A program made the position numbers and the translations under genes. A stretch of 64,000 nucleotides of DNA from Candidatus Nomurabacteria bacterium (GTDB lineage Bacteria; Patescibacteriota; Minisyncoccia; Phycocordibacterales; UBA9973), in the NCBI GenBank assembly GCA_026395955.1, contig JAPLXR010000007.1, forward strand, positions 65,957-129,956, in the 5' to 3' direction. Below, in pieces: positions 18,563 through 27,364 of this stretch (positions are counted from its first letter, which is position 1; each line of letters opens with the position of its first letter). The notes beneath the pieces were generated by a model. The model was not told the DNA's origin. It worked only from the letters and a program-made list of their open reading frames with translations, and did not search any database.

Positions 18563-19288
18563 ATGACTGCAATTTTATTATCAATAGCAACATTTATATC
18601 TACTTCTCTCGGAGGTTTGTTTTCTATTAAATATAAAGATAGATTACATTTGATAATGGGCTTCACTGCTGGGGTTTTGCTTGGTGTTGTTTCTTTTGAT
18701 ATTTTTCCAGAGATTATAGAACAAATTAAAATACATAATTTTGATTCTGTTTATCCGATGATTGCACTTGTCGCTGGTTTTTTACTTTTTCATATTTTAG
18801 AAAAATCTATGATGATTCATCATTCACACGAAGATGAATATGCTGACCATAAACATCCACACGTAGGAAAATTTTCTGCATTAGCCTTAGCAGGGCATAG
18901 TTTTATGGATGGGGTAGGTATAGGTCTCGGTTTTCAAGTTAATACTGCTGTCGGTATTGCTGTCGCATTGGCTGTTATAGCTCATGATTTTACTGACGGA
19001 ATGAACACTGTAACTCTCATGCTGACAAGTAAAAATACTGTTAAAAATGCAAAATGGTTTTTATTGCTCGATGCTGTTACTCCTACCCTCGGAGTCCTTT
19101 CGACTTTTCTATTTAAAGTATCAGATAATTTTCTAGTTTTATATCTCGGTTTCTTTGCTGGATTTTTGCTCTATATAGGTGCGAGTGATATTTTACCTGA
19201 AGCGCATAGTAAACATAGCTCTATGAAGACCGTAGCCCTCACTATTTTCGGAGCACTTTTAGTCTTTATTTTAACTCGCTTTATATAG
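18563..19288 (+). CDS. ZIP-family (ZupT-like) zinc/divalent metal transporter
   Basis: His-rich loop (HHSHEDEYADHKHPH) and conserved AHDFTDG / HSFMDGVGIG motifs. Start moved to M21 (18563) because the tracked ORF start overlaps tRNA-His. Confidence 0.7.
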   Translation: MTAILLSIATFISTSLGGLFSIKYKDRLHLIMGFTAGVLLGVVSFDIFPEIIEQIKIHNFDSVYPMIALVAGFLLFHILEKSMMIHHSHEDEYADHKHPHVGKFSALALAGHSFMDGVGIGLGFQVNTAVGIAVALAVIAHDFTDGMNTVTLMLTSKNTVKNAKWFLLLDAVTPTLGVLSTFLFKVSDNFLVLYLGFFAGFLLYIGASDILPEAHSKHSSMKTVALTIFGALLVFILTRFI

Positions 19289-19299
19289 TCTTCTCTATA

Positions 19300-19324
19300 A
19301 AAGCCTTATTTTATAAGGTTTTTA
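19300..19324 (+). terminator. rho-independent terminator after ZIP transporter
   Basis: Hairpin ccttattttataagg followed by a T-run. Confidence 0.6.
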
Positions 19325-19453
19325 TCTATTGACTTTTACATATAAATATGATATACTTGTATTATAGAAGGTTATTTGAAAAAAAGTTTTTAGGAGTTGC
19401 CAGATATTCTAATTATTTATTGGAATTTGTGATAACTCTTAAAAACAAAACAA

Positions 19454-20083
19454 ATGAAAAAAATCAGTTTACTTTTAGTCGTATTCGCTGTAATAAGCTG
19501 GAGTACAAAAATGAATGCACAAACTTCCTGGCATTTTACAGGATTTTCAATTAACACTGATACAACTTTTGTGAACAGTGGTGGATGGTTTATGGATGCA
19601 GATTCTCTAAAATTTATTGATCACTCGTATTGTACGAATGGCCAGATAGTTTTATGGAGATGGAAGTTTCAGGGTGCTGATAATAATGACACCTTAGCTC
19701 AATACACCTCGTATGTTCATGACATAACTAGGAAATGGAGTAATCCAGGATATTATAGAGTTGAGTTAGGAACACTCGATAGTTTCGGACAATGGAATAT
19801 CCTAAACGTAGGTGTTCATATTGCTTTTTCAATTGCTACTGGTATCAGTGAAAATTCTGAAGTTGCATTTTCACTTTATCCAAATCCTGCAAATGAAAAT
19901 ATTACAATTGATTTACCTTTAAATGGTAGAGAAAGTAATGTTGAAATTATAGACGTCACAGGTAGGCTAATTCTTTCATTAAAAGTTTCCGGTAAACAAA
20001 ATATAGATGTGTCGTCTTTTAAAGACGGTGTCTATTTTTTGAAAAATGGAAATACAACAAAGAAATTTATTGTTGCTCATTAA
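19454..20083 (+). CDS. secreted protein with type IX secretion system C-terminal sorting domain (Por_Secre_tail-like)
   Basis: Signal peptide MKKISLLLVVFAVISWSTKMNAQ. The C-terminal ~75 aa (SLYPNPANENITIDL...VEIIDVTGRLILSLKV...DVSSFKDGVYFLKNGNTTKKFIV) matches the T9SS CTD signature. Confidence 0.55.
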   Translation: MKKISLLLVVFAVISWSTKMNAQTSWHFTGFSINTDTTFVNSGGWFMDADSLKFIDHSYCTNGQIVLWRWKFQGADNNDTLAQYTSYVHDITRKWSNPGYYRVELGTLDSFGQWNILNVGVHIAFSIATGISENSEVAFSLYPNPANENITIDLPLNGRESNVEIIDVTGRLILSLKVSGKQNIDVSSFKDGVYFLKNGNTTKKFIVAH

Positions 20084-20162
20084 ATAGAGTAATACTAAAT
20101 AAAAGTCCTTGCAGAAATGTAAGGGCTTTTTTTATTGGTAAATTTTATGCGATAATAGAGGG

Positions 20163-21440
20163 ATGAGAAAAGAGATAGAGAAAAATATAAAACAATATTG
20201 GAAAAGCTTGGGTCCAGGACTCACGACAGGGGCCGCTGATGATGATCCATCTGGTATTGCGACTTATTCTCAAACAGGTGCGAAATACGGTTTCGGCTTT
20301 ACTTGGCTTGCTCTTTTTACTATTCCATTGATGTCTGTAGTACAAGAAATGTGTGCACGTATCGGTATGGTCACAGGTCAGGGTCTCGCTGCTAATATAA
20401 AAAAACATTATTCAAAAAAAGTTTTGTATTTTTGTACCGCACTTTTGCTTTTTGCTAATACTTTTAACATCGGGGCTGATCTAGGTGCTATGTCTCAGGG
20501 GACACAGCTGATTTTTCCTCATTTAAATTTTGCATTACTTGTTGTATTGTTCGCAATTTTATCTTTAGTTTTTCAGATTTTTATTCCATATAAAACTTAT
20601 GCGAAATATTTAAAGTATTTAACATTTGTTTTATTGGCTTATATTTTTTCTGCTTTGATGGTAGATATGGATTGGTATGAAGTTTTACGTCACACTTTTG
20701 TACCTAGTATGTCTTTTTCAAAAGACAGTATCATTTTACTTTCTGCTATTTTAGGAACAACTATTTCTCCTTATTTGTTTTTCTGGCAAACTTCTCAAGA
20801 AGTAGAAGAGCATATTCTCTCTGGAGAGGTAGACGAATTACAAAAAGATGAAAATGAAATAAATTCTGATATTAAAAAAATGCGCATCGATGTTTGGAGT
20901 GGAATGTTTTTTTCAAACCTCGTTATGTTTTTCATAATCATTGCTTGTGCCTCGACTTTATTCAAAGAAGGAATTACAAATATCGGTACAGCAGCTGATG
21001 CAGCGAAAGCCCTTGAACCTTTTGCAGGACATTTTGCTTCGTTGCTTTTTGCTATTGGAATTATCGGTACTGGATTTTTAGCTATCCCTGTTCTGGCTGG
21101 TGCGAATTCATATGCAGTATCTGAATGTTTTAATTGGAAAGAGGGACTTTATAGAAAATGGAATGAAGCAATAGCTTTTTATGGAGTTATTGTTGTAGCT
21201 GTTGGTTTAGGTATTCTTTTGAATTTTATTGGCCTTGATCCTATCAAAGCACTTATTTATTCAGCTGTTTTAAATGGCTTAGTTGCACCAGTAATTCTTT
21301 TCTTGATTGTACGACTTTCTTCTAACGAAGAAATAATGGGTAAATTTAAAAGTCGCCCTATTACAAAGATAGTAGGGTGGATAGCTGTTTCCTTGATGGC
21401 TATTGTTGGTGTGGCTACTATTATATCTCTCTGGCTTTGA
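20163..21440 (+). CDS. mntH: NRAMP-family divalent metal (Mn2+/Fe2+) transporter
   Basis: 425 aa. N-terminal GPGLTTGAADDDPSGIATYSQTGAKYGF is the NRAMP signature. About 11 TM segments. Confidence 0.8.
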   Translation: MRKEIEKNIKQYWKSLGPGLTTGAADDDPSGIATYSQTGAKYGFGFTWLALFTIPLMSVVQEMCARIGMVTGQGLAANIKKHYSKKVLYFCTALLLFANTFNIGADLGAMSQGTQLIFPHLNFALLVVLFAILSLVFQIFIPYKTYAKYLKYLTFVLLAYIFSALMVDMDWYEVLRHTFVPSMSFSKDSIILLSAILGTTISPYLFFWQTSQEVEEHILSGEVDELQKDENEINSDIKKMRIDVWSGMFFSNLVMFFIIIACASTLFKEGITNIGTAADAAKALEPFAGHFASLLFAIGIIGTGFLAIPVLAGANSYAVSECFNWKEGLYRKWNEAIAFYGVIVVAVGLGILLNFIGLDPIKALIYSAVLNGLVAPVILFLIVRLSSNEEIMGKFKSRPITKIVGWIAVSLMAIVGVATIISLWL

Positions 21441-21533
21441 TTATTTTAAGTGTGCTATAATTAAGATATTACAAATTAGCGCTAAAGCCAGTCAGCTTTA
21501 GTTGAAAATTATTAAATAAATTAAATATAAAAT

Positions 21534-21992
21534 ATGAGTAAAAATATGAGTTTAGGTTTGTCAGTTTTAGTTATGGCTATCGTAGTAGCCGGTGCAATCT
21601 TTTTTACAATTAATCACAAAGAAAATAAAATGCCAGCAGACAATCAAAATAATAATATAGTTTCAAATAATCAAAACACAGCTTCTCAAGACGGAAGACT
21701 TACACAAGCAGGAGATACAGTCGCTATGAATTACACAGGTTCACTTGAAAATGGAACTGTTTTTGATTCAAATGTTGATCCAAAATTCCAACACGTAGAA
21801 CCATTTGTATTTACTCTAGGTGCTGGTCAAGTTATCAAAGGTTGGGATAATGGTCTTGTAGGAATGAAAGTTGGTGAAAAGAGACATTTAGTTATCAAAC
21901 CTGAAGATGCTTATGGTAAGACAGGAGCAGGAAAAATAATTCCACCAAATTCAACTCTAATCTTTGACGTAGAACTCTTAGCTATTAAATAG
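21534..21992 (+). CDS. FKBP-type peptidyl-prolyl cis-trans isomerase, secreted/membrane-anchored
   Basis: N-terminal TM/signal. FKBP domain [21 protein letters not shown]...[25 protein letters not shown]...[14 protein letters not shown]. Confidence 0.75.
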   Translation: MSKNMSLGLSVLVMAIVVAGAIFFTINHKENKMPADNQNNNIVSNNQNTASQDGRLTQAGDTVAMNYTGSLENGTVFDSNVDPKFQHVEPFVFTLGAGQVIKGWDNGLVGMKVGEKRHLVIKPEDAYGKTGAGKIIPPNSTLIFDVELLAIK

Positions 21993-22017
21993 TAATCCCG
22001 TTTACGGGGAATAAAAA

Positions 22018-22800
22018 ATGGAAACACTTTGGACAAATAAAAAGTTTATTAAGGTATCTGTAATCTTTGTTGTTTTGTTGTGCATATTTACCTTTATGGG
22101 TATATGTAAAGAAAATCATAATTCTTTTAAAGATATAAATAATCAAAATACTATCGTGTTCAATGGTCATGGAGAAGTTAAAGCAGTTCCTGATATTGCA
22201 AATGTATATTTTACAATTCACAAAGAAGCAAAAACTGTAAAAGAAGCTCAAGCAGGAGTCGCTAGTATTGAAAAAGCATCACTCGACTTTTTGAAGACAA
22301 AAAATATCTTGGATAAAGACATAAAGACCACAAATTCTTCATTTAATCCAAAATACGAAAACCAAGCATTGGTTCCTTGTACTCAATTTGGTTGTCCTCC
22401 TAGTAATAATGTTATTGTTGGTTACGAATCAAGTGAAAATATTACTGTAAAAGTTCGTAATACAGACGATGCTGGAGCTATTATGCAAGGATTGGGAACA
22501 TTAGGAGTAGAACAGCTTTCAGGCCCTGATTTTGCTATCGATGATACTGACGCACTACAAATACAAGCTCGTGAAAAGGCTATCTTAGATGCAAAGACAA
22601 AAGCAGCACTTTTAGCAAAAGATCTGGGTATACGTTTGGGTAAAATTACTTCCTTTTCAGAAGGAACAAATTATCCTGTACCTATGATGTATGCGAAGGC
22701 TGATATGGCTGTAGCAGGAGTGTCTTCTGCACCAGCCATAATACCAAAAGGTGAGAACACAATCACCTCAGATGTGACTATTACCTATGAAATAAGATAA
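22018..22800 (+). CDS. SIMPL/DUF541 domain protein (periplasmic immunogenic protein family)
   Basis: N-terminal TM. GEVKAVPDIANVYFTI and the overall pattern are typical of DUF541/SIMPL. Confidence 0.55.
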   Translation: METLWTNKKFIKVSVIFVVLLCIFTFMGICKENHNSFKDINNQNTIVFNGHGEVKAVPDIANVYFTIHKEAKTVKEAQAGVASIEKASLDFLKTKNILDKDIKTTNSSFNPKYENQALVPCTQFGCPPSNNVIVGYESSENITVKVRNTDDAGAIMQGLGTLGVEQLSGPDFAIDDTDALQIQAREKAILDAKTKAALLAKDLGIRLGKITSFSEGTNYPVPMMYAKADMAVAGVSSAPAIIPKGENTITSDVTITYEIR

Positions 22801-22836
22801 TTTGACTATTTTATAGAAAAAGAGTATATTTAAAAG

Positions 22837-22858
22837 AGCCCTTCGCGGGGCTTTTTTA
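22837..22858 (+). terminator. rho-independent terminator
   Basis: Hairpin gagcccttcgcggggctc followed by TTTTTT. Confidence 0.7.
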
Positions 22859-22885
22859 AGAGGATTTCTAATATTTTAAAATTAT

Positions 22886-23074
22886 ATGATGTCAAAAATT
22901 AAAGAATATTTCGCAGATACAAAAACAGAATTGAAACATGTAAATTGGCCTACAAAAATGCAAACTATTTACTATACATTGATAGTAGTAGTTCTTTCTG
23001 TTGGTTTGGCTTATATATTAGGATTGTTTGATTTTTTGTTTTCTAAAGGTCTAGAAAAAGTAATTGCTATATAA
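22886..23074 (+). CDS. secE: preprotein translocase subunit SecE
   Basis: 62 aa with a single C-terminal TM. Conserved position immediately upstream of nusG. Confidence 0.7.
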   Translation: MMSKIKEYFADTKTELKHVNWPTKMQTIYYTLIVVVLSVGLAYILGLFDFLFSKGLEKVIAI

Positions 23075-23093
23075 TAATTAATTTAAATAATTT

Positions 23094-23639
23094 ATGTCTA
23101 AACAAGAAACACAAGGAGAGAGAAATTGGTATGCTATCCATACTTATGCTGGATATGAAAATGCAGTTTTGCGTAACCTAAAACAACGTATCGAATCTCT
23201 AGGTATGCAAGAAAAGATTTTCAATGTCATTGTGCCTGTTGAGAAAAAAATAAAAATTAAAGCAGGGAAGAGAGTAGAATTAGAAGAAAAAATCTACCCT
23301 GGATACGTATTAGTAGATATGATTGTTACAGATGATTCATGGTACGTAGTTCGTAATACTCCTCGTGTTACAGGTTTCGTCGGAGCAGGAGTTAATCCAG
23401 TTCCATTGAAAAAAGACGAAGTTGATTACTTGTTCAAGAAAATGGATGCGGGTACTACAAAACATAACATTGACCTTGCGATAGATGAGACAGTTATGAT
23501 AGTAGACGGACCATTCAAGGAATTAGAAGGTAAAGTAAATGCAATTGATCAAGAAAGAGGTAAAGTAAAAGTCTTAGTTTCAATGTTCGGTCGTGAAACT
23601 CCAGTCGAATTAGACTTCTTGCAAGTAAAAAAGATTTAA
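23094..23639 (+). CDS. nusG: transcription termination/antitermination factor NusG
   Basis: NGN domain (WYAIHTYAGYENAV) and C-terminal KOW (GKVKVLVSMFGRETPVEL). Sits in the secE-nusG-rplK order. Confidence 0.85.
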   Translation: MSKQETQGERNWYAIHTYAGYENAVLRNLKQRIESLGMQEKIFNVIVPVEKKIKIKAGKRVELEEKIYPGYVLVDMIVTDDSWYVVRNTPRVTGFVGAGVNPVPLKKDEVDYLFKKMDAGTTKHNIDLAIDETVMIVDGPFKELEGKVNAIDQERGKVKVLVSMFGRETPVELDFLQVKKI

Positions 23640-23655
23640 TATAGTATAAAAATAT

Positions 23656-24081
23656 ATGGCAAAGAAAATAACAAAGAAAATTAAATTACAAATCATGGGT
23701 GGAAGAGCAACTCCTGCTCCTCCTCTTGGTCCCGCCCTCGGACAAGCTGGTATAAACATTAGTGATTTCGTTACTAAGTTTAATGCCGCAACATCATCTA
23801 TGATGGGTGAAAAGGTAGGATGTATCGTATCTGTTTACGAAGATCGTACATATGATTTCGTTATCAAAACTCCTCCTGCTACAGACCTTATCTTAAAGGC
23901 TGCTGGTGTAGAAAAAGGTTCAGGAAAGCCTAATACATCTAAAGTTGGAAAGATTACTCGTGCTCAAGCTTTAGAAATCGGAAAGAAAAAAGCTGTTGAT
24001 CTAAATGCTAAGGACGATGAAGGATTGATAGCTATTATTGCTGGTTCTGCTCGCAGTGCTGGTATTGAAGTAAAAGGTTAA
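23656..24081 (+). CDS. rplK: 50S ribosomal protein L11
   Basis: IKLQIMGGRATPAPPLGPALGQAGINISDFVTKFNA is the L11 N-terminal signature. Confidence 0.9.
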   Translation: MAKKITKKIKLQIMGGRATPAPPLGPALGQAGINISDFVTKFNAATSSMMGEKVGCIVSVYEDRTYDFVIKTPPATDLILKAAGVEKGSGKPNTSKVGKITRAQALEIGKKKAVDLNAKDDEGLIAIIAGSARSAGIEVKG

Positions 24082-24094
24082 TATTTAAAAACAA

Positions 24095-24124
24095 AAATCC
24101 GCCTTGTGCGGATTTTTGTTTTGT
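24095..24124 (+). terminator. rho-independent terminator after rplK
   Basis: Hairpin aaatccgccttgtgcggattt followed by a T-run. Confidence 0.7.
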
Positions 24125-24164
24125 GTTAATTTGAAAGTAAATCAATCTTTTAAAATAATACAAA

Positions 24165-24779
24165 ATGCAAGAATTAAGAAAAATTGGATTTGATGCAGAC
24201 GACACGATAATCCTTACATTAAAACTGTTGAATGAATTTTATAATTCTAAATACAATAAAAAAATTAGAATTAAAGACTATGAAATATATGATTTTTCTA
24301 AAGTATGGGGAGTAAGTCGTGGAAGGGTTGTAGAAATTGTTAATTTGTTTTACAAAAGTGAATTATATAAACAAGTAAAAATCGCTGATGGTGCCTATGA
24401 AGCTGTTGATTATTTATTTAAAGAATATGATCTTCCTATAATTACTTCACGAAGCGAAGATGCCGAAGAACACCTTAGGTTTACATTATTAAAATTATTT
24501 CATCCTGATCACTTTTCATCTGTTCATTCTGTTGGTTGGGGAATACATTCAAATATGGAAAAATGGGAAAAATGTAAACAATTAGAAATTTCTATTTTGA
24601 TCGATGATTATCATTCACATTTGATTTCTGCAGCAAAACAAGGAATATATGGAATATTAATTCCAGCACCTTGGAATAAAAATATTACAGATCTGCCAAA
24701 AGAGATTTTTCGTGTTAGAAATTTAAGTGAAGCTGTGGACGTTGTTGAAAAGAATAAAAAAATAATATGGACACAGTAA
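24165..24779 (+). CDS. HAD-superfamily phosphatase, probable 5'(3')-deoxyribonucleotidase-like
   Basis: HAD motif I DxDxT (IGFDADDTII). Size and context (next to dCMP deaminase) fit the NT5C-type nucleotidase family. Confidence 0.4.
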   Translation: MQELRKIGFDADDTIILTLKLLNEFYNSKYNKKIRIKDYEIYDFSKVWGVSRGRVVEIVNLFYKSELYKQVKIADGAYEAVDYLFKEYDLPIITSRSEDAEEHLRFTLLKLFHPDHFSSVHSVGWGIHSNMEKWEKCKQLEISILIDDYHSHLISAAKQGIYGILIPAPWNKNITDLPKEIFRVRNLSEAVDVVEKNKKIIWTQ

Positions 24780-24782
24780 TAA

Positions 24783-24812
24783 AGAGCCCTAGCATTGGGG
24801 CTCTTTTCTTTT
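24783..24812 (+). terminator. rho-independent terminator
   Basis: Hairpin agagccctagcattggggctct followed by a T-run. Confidence 0.6.
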
Positions 24813-24822
24813 ATATTTATTA

Positions 24823-25338
24823 TTGTATACTTTGCATATGTCAGACACAGATAAACTATCGCATAAAAGACCATCTTGGGACGAATACTTTTTAGAAATA
24901 ATGGACACAGTAGCCAAGAGAGCTAGCTGTGATAGGGGACGCTCTGGTTGTGTAATTGTCAAAGATAATAGAATCCTCGCTACTGGTTATGTCGGTGCTC
25001 CGGCTGGAGTAAAAAGCTGTGATGATGCAGGGCATGAAATGCATACAGTGATACATGCTGATGGTACACAATCACAGCATTGTATTCGTACAGCTCATGC
25101 TGAACAGAATGCTATCGTGCATGCTGCTCGTACTGGTGTAGCACTTTTAGGTGGAACATTGTACTGCAATATGACTCCTTGTTATGCTTGTGCGAAAATG
25201 ATTATTAATTCTGGAATTGTCAGAGTCGTTGCAAAGAAAGATTATCATGCAGGAGAAAGATCAAAAGAAATTTTCAAAGAAGCTGGAGTTAAATATGAAC
25301 TTATAAATAACGAAGTCGAAACATATACTAATCAATAA
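24823..25338 (+). CDS. dCMP deaminase (cytidine/deoxycytidylate deaminase family, ComEB-like)
   Basis: Zinc-binding HAEQNA and PCYACA motifs. N-terminal SWDEYFLEIMDTVAKRASC is typical of dCMP deaminases. Confidence 0.75.
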   Translation: MYTLHMSDTDKLSHKRPSWDEYFLEIMDTVAKRASCDRGRSGCVIVKDNRILATGYVGAPAGVKSCDDAGHEMHTVIHADGTQSQHCIRTAHAEQNAIVHAARTGVALLGGTLYCNMTPCYACAKMIINSGIVRVVAKKDYHAGERSKEIFKEAGVKYELINNEVETYTNQ

Positions 25339-25347
25339 ATAAATTTT

Positions 25348-25680
25348 ATGTCTGTTGATCTAAAAGAATTACAAAAAGAGGTGATGAGGAACAAGATTGA
25401 AAAAGGTTTCAACACTACTGATGTAGCATTGGAATTTTGTCGAGCTCACGAAGAACTCTCAGAAGCTTTTTCAAAGTTTAATAAAAATCAAGACGGCGTA
25501 GCAGAAGAATTCGCTGATGTTGCTGTATTTCTCCTCGGTATGTGTGAGATACTTGGTTTTGATTTGGAAAAAGAATTGGTTCGTAAAATTGAAATAAATA
25601 AAAATCGTAAATATAAAAAAGCTAAATCTCCAGACGGTAAAGATATTTTCATAAGAGAGAAAACAGACATAGATCCATAA
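25348..25680 (+). CDS. MazG-like nucleotide pyrophosphohydrolase domain protein
   Basis: 110 aa, all-alpha. EELSEAF....EEFADVAVFLLGMCEILGFDLE matches the MazG-type NTP-PPase core (E..E / E..D metal ligands). Confidence 0.55.
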   Translation: MSVDLKELQKEVMRNKIEKGFNTTDVALEFCRAHEELSEAFSKFNKNQDGVAEEFADVAVFLLGMCEILGFDLEKELVRKIEINKNRKYKKAKSPDGKDIFIREKTDIDP

Positions 25681-25686
25681 ATAATA

Positions 25687-25710
25687 AAAGGCCCCTTGTG
25701 GGGCCTTTTT
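25687..25710. terminator. bidirectional terminator between convergent genes
   Basis: Hairpin aaaggccccttgtggggccttttt. Confidence 0.7.
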
Positions 25711-25713
25711 AGA

Positions 25714-26211
25714 TTAAAATTTTTCGTATTCTACAAATGAATACGGTTTCTCATTCCTTTCGTCAGCATCGTATCGTTCACGATTTGTTTCTCCAAAAAC
25801 TATTGGAATAATTTCCGGGAAAAATGCATCAGCATCTTTGTCTATTGCTTCTACATGAGTGATATATAGCTTGTCAGCAATTTTCATCGCTTCTCTGTAT
25901 ATTTGTTCACCACCAGTAATAAAAGCTTCTGTTGCTGTTTCATCTTGTCTAACTAGAGCGAGAGCTTCTTCGAGTGAATGAACCACTTCGATGTCTGGAG
26001 CTGTATAGTCTGCATTACGAGTAATTACGATATTTCGTCTTTTTGGTAATGCTTTACCTAAAGATTCAAAAGTCTTGCGACCCATGATTATTGGATGCCC
26101 TGAAGTAGTTTCTTGGAAATGTTTCAGGTCGGTCTTTAAACGCCATAGCAATTTATTATTTTTGCCGAGTTCGTTATTTTCACCTATAACTGCAATGATA
26201 GATATTTTCAT
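25714..26211 (-). CDS. folA: dihydrofolate reductase
   Basis: ISIIAVIGENNELGKNNKLLWRLKTDLKHFQETTSGHPIIMGRKTFESLG is the DHFR signature. Confidence 0.8.
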   Translation of the reverse strand: MKISIIAVIGENNELGKNNKLLWRLKTDLKHFQETTSGHPIIMGRKTFESLGKALPKRRNIVITRNADYTAPDIEVVHSLEEALALVRQDETATEAFITGGEQIYREAMKIADKLYITHVEAIDKDADAFFPEIIPIVFGETNRERYDADERNEKPYSFVEYEKF

Positions 26212-26214
26212 AAT

Positions 26215-27168
26215 TTATACGGCTATTGGTGCTTTAATCATCGGATGAGGGTCATATCCAATAAGCTCAAAATCTTCAAAGACAAAATCTTCTATATTTT
26301 TTACTTCAGGATTTATTTTCATTGTCGGCATACTACGAATATCATTTTTACGTGAAATCTGAAGGTTCGCTTGTTCAAGGTGGTTTAAATATAAGTGTGT
26401 ATCTCCACCAGTCCAAATAAATTCTCCGAGTTCAAGTCCAGTGACTTGTGCCATCATCATAGTAAGCAATGCATACGAAGCAATGTTGTAGGGTACACCT
26501 AAAAAGGTGTCACAACTTCTTTGATATAACAGACAAGATAATTTATTGTCAGCTACATAAAACTGGAATATACAATGACATGGTGGAAGACCACTTACAG
26601 CCATTGCATCTAAGTCAGCAACATTCCATGCAGATACTATCATTCTTCGAGAATCAGGTTGTTTTTTTAATTGTTCAATGACAATTTTGATTTGATCGAT
26701 ATGTCCACCATTTGGTGTTGGCCAGTTCCTCCATTGGTAACCATAGATTGGTCCAAGGTCTCCATTTTCTTTTGCAAAAACTGGATCAGTTTTTATTTTT
26801 TCTACATATTCTTTCAATCCAGTTTTCCATTCATCACTTTCTGTCTTTGGTACAGGGATACCATTTTTCTTCAAATATGCTTTGTATGGCCATTCGTCCC
26901 AAATACCTACACCGTTATCAGCTAGATATTTTAAGTTTGTATCACCACGTAAGAACCAAATCAATTCATGAATGATTCCTTTCATGTGTACTTTTTTTGT
27001 TGTTAGGAGAGGGAAGCCATTTGCTAGATCGAATCGCATTTGATATCCGAAGACACTTTTTGTGCCTGTTCCTGTACGATCAGTTTTTGTCGCACCACTT
27101 TGTAAGATATGTTCCAATAATTTTAAATACTGGTTATCTACATGATTGTTGTTTTCCATATTTTCCAT
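26215..27168 (-). CDS. thyA: thymidylate synthase (ThyA, folate-dependent)
   Basis: [18 protein letters not shown], the [10 protein letters not shown] motif and the catalytic Cys region ([11 protein letters not shown]). 317 aa. Confidence 0.9.
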   Translation of the reverse strand: MENMENNNHVDNQYLKLLEHILQSGATKTDRTGTGTKSVFGYQMRFDLANGFPLLTTKKVHMKGIIHELIWFLRGDTNLKYLADNGVGIWDEWPYKAYLKKNGIPVPKTESDEWKTGLKEYVEKIKTDPVFAKENGDLGPIYGYQWRNWPTPNGGHIDQIKIVIEQLKKQPDSRRMIVSAWNVADLDAMAVSGLPPCHCIFQFYVADNKLSCLLYQRSCDTFLGVPYNIASYALLTMMMAQVTGLELGEFIWTGGDTHLYLNHLEQANLQISRKNDIRSMPTMKINPEVKNIEDFVFEDFELIGYDPHPMIKAPIAV

Positions 27169-27364
27169 TGTACTATATTTATTATGTTAAGGTAATTATT
27201 TACTTTGAGTTTAGCATAATATAAATCTTTGTATATTTGACAAAATAAGCACAAAATGCTATTCTTTAATTATCAATCTCACTCTTAATTAACGAGACTG
27301 AAACCTGTGGAAATCAATTATGACTTTTGTGTCGTGCGATTGGTTACCATGACACAAAAATTAT

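Noticed and set aside
19348-19554. 68-aa ORF upstream of the T9SS-CTD gene
   Set aside because: It overlaps the promoter/5' end and the start of 19454..20083 in another frame. AT-rich low-complexity translation.
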